DNA from: a virus
Taxonomy: Duplodnaviria; Caudoviricetes
Virus record (IMG/VR): IMGVR_UViG_3300044452_000162
Location: 1-25,119 of that record
Length of the DNA stretch: 25,119 nt
Strand: one strand, 5' to 3'
Numbering within the stretch: position 1 is the stretch's first letter; each line of letters starts with the position of its first letter. This document shows positions 9,114-16,078 of this stretch, one piece after another. The notes beneath the pieces are model-generated. The model did not search any database and had not been told where the DNA came from. It was given only the letters and a program-made list of their open reading frames with translations. The translations under genes and the position numbers were made by a program.

Positions 9114-9493
9114 GGCAGGATCGCACGCGACGAGGCGCGGCCTTGTAGTCGTAGAATTTCCAGGTCTTGTTCGGCCTGTTTTTGCTTGATCTTATTGTTT
9201 TCTTGTTGCAGGGCCGTTATTTCAGCTTGGCAGTTGATCAGCTCTTGCTTGAAAGATACTAGGTCGTTGGCATGGCCATTAATTTTCTCTTGAATAACCG
9301 CTAATATCTGCCCATGCGATACTGAAGCAGTGATCAGATAAATAATGCCAGTGGTGGCCAAGGTTGCGACAAAACCAGCGATCCCCAGGATGGCTTGCAT
9401 CAACAGCCGGCTGACAAAGACGACTTCGCCGGTCACTGCTGGGGTATTCAATTGCGTCGTGGTATCGGTCACATTTGCTCTTTTGCGGGTCAA
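9110..9493 (-). CDS. Single-pass membrane protein with C-terminal coiled coil (holin- or i-spanin-like)
   Basis: TM segment LLMQAILGIAGFVATLATTGIIYLI followed by heptads (LVSFKQELINCQAEITALQQENNKIKQKQ); ATGA overlap with the lipoprotein gene. Start codon uncertain. Confidence 0.55.
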   Translation of the reverse strand: MTRKRANVTDTTTQLNTPAVTGEVVFVSRLLMQAILGIAGFVATLATTGIIYLITASVSHGQILAVIQEKINGHANDLVSFKQELINCQAEITALQQENNKIKQKQAEQDLEILRLQGRASSRAILP

Positions 9494-9494
9494 A

Positions 9495-9875
9495 TTAATA
9501 ACGGCTTAAAGGATCGCTGACGCTGGTGGCTTTGGCTACCGTCAGGTGCCAGCGGTACAAATCGATCGGACGATAATCGATGATTTCCCAGGTTTCGGGA
9601 TCTGCTTCGCCATCCTTGGTGATCGTGGCGTGACCATCAATCACATTCAGACGACTGCGCAAGATCACCACAGTGGCCGTGCCGTTGTAGGCACTGCCGG
9701 CCGGGGCGTCTGGTTGATCGGTGGTTTTTTCTTCCGTCCACCGAACAACCAAACCCAGTACCGGGTCTGGTACCGGATCGCCCTGCGTGGGCGTATAGGT
9801 CACCGCGATGCAATGCCCGTCGTCTAACGTGAATTGCGCCTCTAAATCGGCGATCATGGCGGCTGCAGCACTCAT
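9495..9875 (-). CDS. Head-tail joining protein (gpFII-like)
   Basis: 126 aa directly after the capsid gene; F.....AVTYTP..G and WEIID....D...W.L pattern. Confidence 0.55.
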   Translation of the reverse strand: MSAAAAMIADLEAQFTLDDGHCIAVTYTPTQGDPVPDPVLGLVVRWTEEKTTDQPDAPAGSAYNGTATVVILRSRLNVIDGHATITKDGEADPETWEIIDYRPIDLYRWHLTVAKATSVSDPLSRY

Positions 9876-9910
9876 GACGGTGACCCAAACAAACCCAGTC
9901 AGCCAAAGGC

Positions 9911-12163
9911 CTAGGCGGCTGCCGTGGCTTTTTGGATGCCCGAAACGCGGGTATTCGTCCCGTCGCTATGGGTCGCGGTCGTGGCTTGGAAGGGCAACAT
10001 CACTTTCCATTTTTCGGCCGCTACGGCGCCGGCATCGAATGGCATGATCATTGGGGTTTCGATACCTTCGAGGAAGTTCACCAGCACCGAATCCATGATA
10101 TTCGGATTCCCGACCAGGTAATAATCGCTGGACAAGGCACCGGCCAGCAGGCCAGTATCGCTGACGTACGCCGATTCGATCGGTACAATCGAGCGCGCTG
10201 CGTTGGAAGCAGCGATGGTTTGGCCGCCGGCTGCAACGATGCCCAGGGCTTGCTGCACGGCGGTGGTGTTGCCGATGTCATGGATCAGGAAACGTGGGGT
10301 CAGGTGCAGGCGATCGCCGTTGTGGTTCTTTTTCTTGCTGAAGTCGGCACGAACCTTGTCCAGGTTGCCAGCGGTGCCGATCGCGGCCGAACCGGTCCGG
10401 TCGTGAGTGTACGTTGCATTCAATAACTTTTTGAAGGCTTCTTTTTCAACCGTGGCGCGACCAATCGAACCAGTACGCATGAACATCTGCAACCAGGCGC
10501 CCAAATCGTCGCCGACCAAGGCTTGGAAGGTTAAAGCGATGGCGGCGCCGAACATGCCCAGGCTGCTATCGTATCCACCATCGGCCTTGGTGAGTTCTTG
10601 AAAGGCCGCGTTTTCTGCGGTTTCTTTCAGGGTGCCCAAGCTCAGACCGGCATTTTTCACGGTCTTGAACGAGGAAACCGAACGCACGGTGCACCAGCGC
10701 TGGTACGTTGTATCTTCAAACGCCATAAAACCCTGAACCAAGGCTTTTTCAGCTGAGTTCGATAGAATATGCGTAAAGTCAGTGGTGGCGGCTCTGGAAT
10801 AAACGGCGCGGCTTTGGGCATAACTGGCGCAATCAACCGGGCCCCAGAATTCCGCCTCGGCGATGCCTTCGGCCTTGGCGCAGGCGCGCACGATCGCATG
10901 GATGCCCATGTGGCGTTCGTTGCGGAATTCGTGCTCTACGTCACGTTCACCGATGGTCACCCCGGCCGAGTTCATCAAACCAGCGGTGGCACGGGCGCGG
11001 AATTTATCTGCTTGATCGCGCACAACATTGGTACCGGTACCTGATGGCGCCAGCGGGATCGTTGGGGTGCCGCCGTTGTCGGCGGCGCGTTGCGCGTGGG
11101 CCTGGGCGATCGCGCGATAACCTTCCTCAAGGCTGTCGAAACCGCGATACGCTTCGTTTTCAAGGGTCACGCCCATGTCCTGCGCAAAGGCGCGCAGGGT
11201 ATTTTCGCGTTGCGATGCAAGCAAACTGGCGCGCTGCCCTTCGTCGCCGGGTTCGATGCCGGTGCCAGCCGGGGGCGTTGTTGCAGGAGGCGGGTTGCCG
11301 CTGGTGTTGCGGGCTTGCATAGCCGCCGCAAAATCGCGTTGCAGTTCTGCCAGTTGGACATCGGTCAACTTGGACTTGTCGATGCCGCGTGCTTTGAGCC
11401 AGTCGTCAAAGTTCATGGGGAAATCTCCTTGGCCTCGTTGGCCGGTGTGTGGGTGAATCGTTGATTGATTCGGTGATTGTTCTTGGGTTTGAGTGATAAA
11501 TGCCGGGCGCTCGCGCAGGCCTGCCAGGCCATCAGCGGGAATCGGGGTCAGGCTGACTTCTAACAGCCGCCACTTGTGCACCGTGAGGGTTTCGGTTTTG
11601 TCGTCCCAGGTGGTATCCCGCCAATGGTAGGTATAGCCAATCGAGACCCCACGCAGGGCGCCGGAATCAATGGCATCACGGGCCAAGACGCCTGAATCCA
11701 GACGGGCCCCGTCAAGCAAATCAGCGGTGAAATGTGATTCGCCGTTGCGGATTTCTTTTTTATGCAGCGTGCCGGCAATATGCGTTGAACGGTGCATCAG
11801 CAGCAGGGCGGTGGCGGAATCCATTTCAACGGCTGCTGCGTCGTGAACCAGGCGCTCATACCAGCCACCCATGTCCACGGCGCGGTCAGTGCTGCCCAGG
11901 ATATTCAGCATCACCTGGTCGTCGGCATCATCCTTGCCACCGTCCATGCGAATTTGGTGCTGGTGGAAACGATAAAACATGCGCTCACCGTCTCCGCCAG
12001 CCAATCCGGCCGGGCCTCCCCCAAGGCCTGCTGGTGTCGCGGCGTCGCGGGTGTGGGCCGCTCCGCCCAAGGAGGACGACGCCAGCACTGCTGCCGCTAC
12101 AGTTGGCAACATCCGGCCGGACGGTTGACGAAACATTGGGTGACTATTTTTGATGTCGCTCAC
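9911..12163 (-). CDS. Fused prohead protease (HK97-type) / scaffold / major capsid protein (Mu gpT-like)
   Basis: Protease motifs YERLVHD..AV, LLLMH, GVSIGY, WRLLEVSLTPIPAD; low-complexity linker; capsid motifs TTDF..IL.N...K.L..GF, TYQRWC..RSVSSFK, FG..I.LT.QALV.DDLG, L.LTPRFL. Confidence 0.9.
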   Translation of the reverse strand: MSDIKNSHPMFRQPSGRMLPTVAAAVLASSSLGGAAHTRDAATPAGLGGGPAGLAGGDGERMFYRFHQHQIRMDGGKDDADDQVMLNILGSTDRAVDMGGWYERLVHDAAAVEMDSATALLLMHRSTHIAGTLHKKEIRNGESHFTADLLDGARLDSGVLARDAIDSGALRGVSIGYTYHWRDTTWDDKTETLTVHKWRLLEVSLTPIPADGLAGLRERPAFITQTQEQSPNQSTIHPHTGQRGQGDFPMNFDDWLKARGIDKSKLTDVQLAELQRDFAAAMQARNTSGNPPPATTPPAGTGIEPGDEGQRASLLASQRENTLRAFAQDMGVTLENEAYRGFDSLEEGYRAIAQAHAQRAADNGGTPTIPLAPSGTGTNVVRDQADKFRARATAGLMNSAGVTIGERDVEHEFRNERHMGIHAIVRACAKAEGIAEAEFWGPVDCASYAQSRAVYSRAATTDFTHILSNSAEKALVQGFMAFEDTTYQRWCTVRSVSSFKTVKNAGLSLGTLKETAENAAFQELTKADGGYDSSLGMFGAAIALTFQALVGDDLGAWLQMFMRTGSIGRATVEKEAFKKLLNATYTHDRTGSAAIGTAGNLDKVRADFSKKKNHNGDRLHLTPRFLIHDIGNTTAVQQALGIVAAGGQTIAASNAARSIVPIESAYVSDTGLLAGALSSDYYLVGNPNIMDSVLVNFLEGIETPMIMPFDAGAVAAEKWKVMLPFQATTATHSDGTNTRVSGIQKATAAA

Positions 12164-13674
12164 AGATTATTCCCTTGCGATGCCGGGGCCGCATCGTCGG
12201 CGTTGTGTTGCGTGAAGATCGCCAGCAGCAGCTGGTCCGGGCCAAGCGGTGGCAGTTGCTTCTCGATGCGGTCCTGCTGGGCCTCGGCCATTTCTTCCAG
12301 CACCTGGTCGTACACCTTGCCACGGCGGGCGCAGACTTCTTGCAGGCTGCTGATGCCGTACGCCACCTCGAGAATATCGGTCTTGACCGCTTCCAGGCGG
12401 TTGGCGGACCCCGTCACGTCCGGGCGCAATTCAACGGCTAACACCGCCTCCCGGCGGTCAGGATCGCTTGGCAGGCGTTTGCCTTCCAGCATCCACAAAT
12501 ACGGCGCCACGCGTTGCCAGGGCTCTTCGGCGATCAATTGGCCAATCTCATCCTGCACCGGACCAATCAGTTTCTCACTGCGCAATTGGTCGTCACGGCT
12601 GGCCGAAAAATTGACCCGCGCGTTGTCGCGGTCCAACCAGCGTTGGCTGGTCCGGGTGATGGCAGCCACATCGCCGCGGGTGGTATGGCGGAATTCGTGC
12701 ACCTTGGTTGACGGGCGCTCTGACTTGATCTGGTGAAAAGTTTCCCCGGCTTCGCCGTGAAAAATTGAGCCGATCGGCATTTCGGTGATTGGTTCGGCTC
12801 CCTCTTCGGTACCCATCATGTCGCTGGTCGTGAAGACTGATGGGGTATTGGCCACCGTGCCGGCGCGCAATTCATTGACTACCATCGTGCCGTCTTGGAA
12901 AATACGCTCGACGGCTGGGGCCAGGCCTGGCTCACCAACCGATTGCCCGGCCAGGCGTTCCTCGAACACATAGGTGATCCATTGCGCATCGACGCGCTCA
13001 CCGTCGCTGCCGGGCTCTTCAGGGTCGCTCAGGTGATAGGCCGCCGCGCGGCCCATGCGGTCCAGCTCCACCCCGCCGGCAAACGTGTGCCCCTTTGGCA
13101 CTTTCACGACTTCAGACGTCGATAGCCATTCCGCCGGCAAGGCGCGGATCGATACCGGCGGCAGGCCACGCTTGGCCTTGTCTGGATCCGCGACCCAGCG
13201 CCACAGCACACCGCCGGTGCGCGGCATCGATCGCGCGGCCTGGCGTTGCAGCGTCCACAAACTGCGGCCGGTCACGCTGGCAGTTTTGCACCAGCGGCGC
13301 CAGCGTTTCATGATCTTTTTCTTGAATTTCTTATCTTTTATGCCGACCGGCTGCACGTCGATCGAGCGGCCAATGAGTTCAGCGGTGAAGCCCTCAACCG
13401 CACCACGGCCATACGGCGTATTGCAATCCAGCTTGGCCCCCTGCGCCTGCAACTTGGCCAATGATGGCACCAGGTGCTGATCAGGTGTGCCGCGCCTGGC
13501 CTGCATCTCGGCCAGGATCTTCCGGCGGTTGTTGGTGGCATCATAGGTATCACCACCAACGCCCAGGGCCTCGCCCTTGTTCCAGCTATTGCCGACCGAT
13601 GCCCGGCGCCCCTTGCTGCGCATCTTGCGACCCAAGACAGTCTGATGACGATGTCGATAGCTGTGGCGTCCCAT
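12160..13674 (-). CDS. Portal protein, lambda family
   Basis: L..N.PY..GAV, GGVELDRMGR..AYH, RLAGQ..GEP.LAP, NFSASR, YGISS..EVCA.RG..Y..VL.E.A motifs; position after gpW. Confidence 0.92.
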   Translation of the reverse strand: MGRHSYRHRHQTVLGRKMRSKGRRASVGNSWNKGEALGVGGDTYDATNNRRKILAEMQARRGTPDQHLVPSLAKLQAQGAKLDCNTPYGRGAVEGFTAELIGRSIDVQPVGIKDKKFKKKIMKRWRRWCKTASVTGRSLWTLQRQAARSMPRTGGVLWRWVADPDKAKRGLPPVSIRALPAEWLSTSEVVKVPKGHTFAGGVELDRMGRAAAYHLSDPEEPGSDGERVDAQWITYVFEERLAGQSVGEPGLAPAVERIFQDGTMVVNELRAGTVANTPSVFTTSDMMGTEEGAEPITEMPIGSIFHGEAGETFHQIKSERPSTKVHEFRHTTRGDVAAITRTSQRWLDRDNARVNFSASRDDQLRSEKLIGPVQDEIGQLIAEEPWQRVAPYLWMLEGKRLPSDPDRREAVLAVELRPDVTGSANRLEAVKTDILEVAYGISSLQEVCARRGKVYDQVLEEMAEAQQDRIEKQLPPLGPDQLLLAIFTQHNADDAAPASQGNNL

Positions 13675-13895
13675 CAGATACCGCCAATCTGCGCCCGGCG
13701 GAAGGGCCCACCGTTTTGCGCGCGGCTGATCTGCTTCTCCAGCTGGCGCCGCTCGCGATACAACGTTGCAAGCTGGGCCCGCTCGGTCGACGCGCCATCT
13801 TCGTGACTGTATTTTTGGCCACCCGTCTCGACCCGCGCAATCGCGGTTTCGATATTGGCTAAACGTGTCTGTAGGACTTCAAGCGAAGCAGGCAT
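13674..13895 (-). CDS. Head-to-tail joining protein gpW-like
   Basis: L..RLA.IETAI..VETGGQ.YS...G....RA.L..LY.ERR.LE..I pattern; immediately before the portal gene. Confidence 0.8.
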   Translation of the reverse strand: MPASLEVLQTRLANIETAIARVETGGQKYSHEDGASTERAQLATLYRERRQLEKQISRAQNGGPFRRAQIGGI

Positions 13896-13930
13896 GGACC
13901 CACGCTAAACACCACTTTTCCAGAAGTCAA
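13896..13930 (-). promoter_or_regulatory. Putative sigma70-type promoter for the head/tail operon, probably leaderless
   Basis: Minus strand TTGACT (13930-13925), 17 bp spacer, TAGCGT (13907-13902), then 6 nt to the gpW ATG with no SD. Confidence 0.55.
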
Positions 13931-13950
13931 AAATGGTTTGCCTCTGCCAT

Positions 13951-14007
13951 TTTTTTTGCCCCTGTTTTGAACCCCATTGACCCTGTTTTGACCCCTTTTT
14001 GAGGGTC
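13951..14007. repeat. Five helically phased T-tract/TTG(A/C)CCC-like repeats
   Basis: The G of each TTG falls at 13958, 13969, 13979, 13990 and 14001 (spacing 11,10,11,11). Confidence 0.7.
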
Positions 14008-14056
14008 TTTCAAAAATTAAATGTGTGACAGAAAAGCCTTGTTTTTGTGTTTTCTG

Positions 14057-14071
14057 TGTTACAATAAAACC
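14057..14071 (+). promoter_or_regulatory. Extended -10 promoter of the TA operon, probably leaderless
   Basis: TG-T-TACAAT at 14057-14065, then 6 nt to ATG 14072; no SD. Confidence 0.6.
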
Positions 14072-14308
14072 ATGTTGATCAATTGGAACGACCACAACCG
14101 CGCACACATCGCCAAGCACGGCGGTAGCGAAGCGTTGTTCGAACTGGTGCTGGCCAACAGCGATCAGTGGGTGCTTTCCGAGCCGCTCTATGGTCACACG
14201 GCCATTGCAACCATTGATGGGAAGGAATGGCAAGCAATTTTCATTTTCATCCATGACCTTCAGGAAGTCACCCCGATCACGATCTATCCAACAGAAAGAG
14301 GTGCTTAA
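14072..14308 (+). CDS. Type II toxin, BrnT/RelE-fold-like
   Basis: 78 aa, MLINWNDHNRAHIAKHGGS resembles the W...N..H..KHG.S start of BrnT-like toxins; C-terminal PITIYP strand; toxin-first order. Confidence 0.65.
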   Translation: MLINWNDHNRAHIAKHGGSEALFELVLANSDQWVLSEPLYGHTAIATIDGKEWQAIFIFIHDLQEVTPITIYPTERGA

Positions 14309-14309
14309 A

Positions 14310-14660
14310 ATGAAACATAAACTCGACGAAAAAACAGCTCGGAAAACAGCTCAGAAAATAGCTCACAAAATGAAAAACCTCACCGAGGAACAGATTGCTG
14401 CCAATCGGCGTGCCGCAGCACGCGTGCCGCGCAACCCTGATGGGTCCATCGACATGGAACAAGCCATTGCCGACGGTGAAGAAATGCGGCGTGAACACAT
14501 CGAGGCCCGCAAACGTGGCCGCCCTGTTGGCCCCCCCACCAAAGCCCGCAGCATCCGCCTGACCGTCGATCTCTGGGAACAAGCCGAAGAAAAAGCCCAA
14601 GCCAACGGCCAAAGCCTGAATGCCTGGGTCGCCGGCCTGGTGCAAAGATCAATCGGCTGA
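14310..14660 (+). CDS. Antitoxin with C-terminal ribbon-helix-helix (BrnA/HicB-like)
   Basis: ATG 14310 with SD AGAGGTG, 1 nt after the toxin stop; RGRP followed by SIRL..DLW......A...GQSLNAWV RHH pattern. Confidence 0.75.
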   Translation: MKHKLDEKTARKTAQKIAHKMKNLTEEQIAANRRAAARVPRNPDGSIDMEQAIADGEEMRREHIEARKRGRPVGPPTKARSIRLTVDLWEQAEEKAQANGQSLNAWVAGLVQRSIG

Positions 14661-14662
14661 CC

Positions 14663-14704
14663 GCCACCAGGTGGCTGCCCCGCTAACCCTTTCAAAGCGG
14701 GGCA
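14663..14704. terminator. GC-rich inverted repeats at the convergence of the TA operon and the minus-strand genes
   Basis: GCCACC-A-GGTGGC (14663-14675) and TGCCCCGCT-11nt-AGCGGGGCA (14676-14704); no clear U-tract. Confidence 0.4.
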
Positions 14705-14707
14705 ACA

Positions 14708-14726
14708 CCCAAACCAAGTGTTGGGC
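14708..14726 (+). other. attI-like simple recombination site
   Basis: CCCAAAC-CAAGT-GTTGGGC: degenerate L box, 5-bp spacer and GTTRRRY R box, the same geometry as attI1 (CCCTAAA-ACAAA-GTTRRRY); lies at the head of the attC-like array. Confidence 0.5.
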
Positions 14727-14735
14727 GGCACTGGT

Positions 14736-15023
14736 TTACGCAGGCATTTCCCCGTAAGCACTGCATTCTGGTTGCTCGCGGGGGTCGTACTCTTCCCAGT
14801 CGTCGCATAACTTATCTTCATCAGGGACTCTATCGTCTAGTGGTGTAAAGTCATTCTTCCAGAACACCCTCGGGACCAATTTCCCTATATCGTGCACAAG
14901 AATCCGCTGCAATGTCTCTGGGTTTTGCGCGCAATCTTCCTCGGTGTAAATTTTGGTCGGTTTGCCTGTGCGTATAATCCCGCTACGCATTGCACATCGA
15001 CGCTTTGCTGTTTCGTAGTCCAT
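14736..15023 (-). CDS. Cassette-borne hypothetical protein, weak resemblance to DUF2829/Tad2
   Basis: ATG 15023 with SD GAAGGAGA; 95 aa; M.Y.TA......SGIIR.G and P.ED.L.DDWE.Y termini. Confidence 0.55.
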   Translation of the reverse strand: MDYETAKRRCAMRSGIIRTGKPTKIYTEEDCAQNPETLQRILVHDIGKLVPRVFWKNDFTPLDDRVPDEDKLCDDWEEYDPREQPECSAYGEMPA

Positions 15024-15047
15024 AATTTTCTCCTTCGATTTCGCCCC

Positions 15048-15110
15048 ACCCAACAACGTGTTCAAGAAATCGGAGCCGCTAACGCGGCCCGCTTAACGCT
15101 GAGGTTGGGT
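15048..15110 (+). other. attC-like site A (63 bp)
   Basis: ACCCAAC-AACGT-GTTCAAG-AAATCGGAGCCGC-TAAC-GCGGCCCG-CTTAAC-GCTGAG-GTTGGGT: RYYYAAC/GTTRRRY cores, 5- and 6-bp spacers, extrahelical C at L'' position 4, second unpaired A, 4-nt bulge. Confidence 0.8.
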
Positions 15111-15466
15111 TACTTCTTGTTCTTACGACGCGTCTCGGCGTGTAGCTCGGCGTCGTATCGTAAATGGCAACGCTGGCACAGTGCGGCCAAGTTGGCGTGG
15201 TCGTTATTGTTGGTGTCGTGGTCAAGGTGCGCGATGGTAAGAACAACTCGGATTGGCTTGTTGTATAAACCAATGTCAAAACCGCGACATGTTTGATTGT
15301 CGTTGTCCTCGATATAGATATAATTTGCGCCATTAATTTTTGACCTGCGGATCATTTTATGATTTCTTACTCCGCAATTTTCGCAGCAATCGCCGGATCG
15401 CTTTAGTATTGCCGGACGAATCACTGTTTTCCAGTCGGTCGGGTATTTTGAATAATCGCAAGGCAT
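15110..15466 (-). CDS. HNH endonuclease (cassette-borne)
   Basis: DYSKYP.DW...IR..IL.R....CENCG and LTIAHLDH...NN...NL.ALCQRCH..YD; ATG 15466 with SD GAGG. Confidence 0.9.
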   Translation of the reverse strand: MPCDYSKYPTDWKTVIRPAILKRSGDCCENCGVRNHKMIRRSKINGANYIYIEDNDNQTCRGFDIGLYNKPIRVVLTIAHLDHDTNNNDHANLAALCQRCHLRYDAELHAETRRKNKK

Positions 15467-15493
15467 AATTTCCTCTGCTTTCCGATGGGCGTA

Positions 15494-15544
15494 ACCCAAC
15501 AAATGCGTGCAGGTGAGCAAGCCACCTGACGCTTGTGGTTGGGT
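15494..15544 (+). other. attC-like site B (51 bp, unusually short)
   Basis: ACCCAAC-AAATG-CGTGCAGG-TGAGCAAGCCA-CCTGACG-CTTGTG-GTTGGGT: 7/5/8...7/6/7 box layout, extra base at L'' position 4 and a second unpaired A. Confidence 0.75.
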
Positions 15545-15553
15545 GGCGCTGGG

Positions 15554-16033
15554 TTACTGGACCGCCGCTCGACCGTTCGCGTGCTCAAACGCCGCGGCGA
15601 CTGAATCGGTGATCAAGCGCTTGTTTTCATCAGGTGTATTCCGTGGACTGCATTGGCAGGTTGGCAAATCAGGGTATCCGTGCCATTTGCCATGGATGCC
15701 ATGCCAGCCATCTGACTCATGCAGCTCAATCAATGTTTTTGTGACCTGCTCCTGATCGCCTTTTACTCCGGCAAAAGCATGGCGATCAAACATAAAACAG
15801 CACTTCAATATCATTGGTTCATCATTGATTTTCTTTTGGGCATCTTGATATGAGTCAAACCCTAATTCACGGGCCACCGCATTCATGCAATCAATATGCT
15901 GCACCTGATCTGCCGAAATATGATCTTCCTCCACTAGATGATAATTAACGCGATTCAATGCGTCAATATCACCTGTTCTTGCCTGTTTCTTTAATCGTTT
16001 GGCTTGTTTTTTAATCATTGTTATCTGTGACAT
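15554..16033 (-). CDS. Hypothetical protein with N-terminal glyoxalase-superfamily-associated helical domain
   Basis: IKKQAKRLKK....NAVARELGFDSY pattern; ATG 16033 with SD AAGGA; AT-rich. Confidence 0.6.
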   Translation of the reverse strand: MSQITMIKKQAKRLKKQARTGDIDALNRVNYHLVEEDHISADQVQHIDCMNAVARELGFDSYQDAQKKINDEPMILKCCFMFDRHAFAGVKGDQEQVTKTLIELHESDGWHGIHGKWHGYPDLPTCQCSPRNTPDENKRLITDSVAAAFEHANGRAAVQ

Positions 16034-16078
16034 TTCATTTTCCTTTTGCAATTATTTCATTGCTTCGACGCTCGCTGC

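Noticed and set aside
11792-12736. 314-aa + strand ORF and the many other + strand ORFs over structural genes
   Set aside because: Antisense shadows of well-supported high-GC minus-strand genes, with no motifs.
14021-14309. Longer starts for toxin (14021) and antitoxin (14190)
   Set aside because: The extensions cover the promoter or the toxin gene; ATG 14072 and ATG 14310 fit the signals better.
13859-14821. Minus-strand ORFs 13859..14254, 14277..14645, 14363..14821
   Set aside because: Antisense to the TA pair, which has a promoter, SD and family motifs.
15110-15466. HNH as the terminase-associated gp74-like cofactor
   Set aside because: Those lie next to cos/terS in HK97-like phages; this one is AT-rich and bounded by att-like sites. 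Not fully excluded.
15024-15520. ORF track starts at 15065 and 15520, and ORF 15079..15333
   Set aside because: The extensions run through the attC-like hairpins; SD-supported ATGs are at 15023 and 15466. The overlapping ORF is an alternate frame of the HNH gene.
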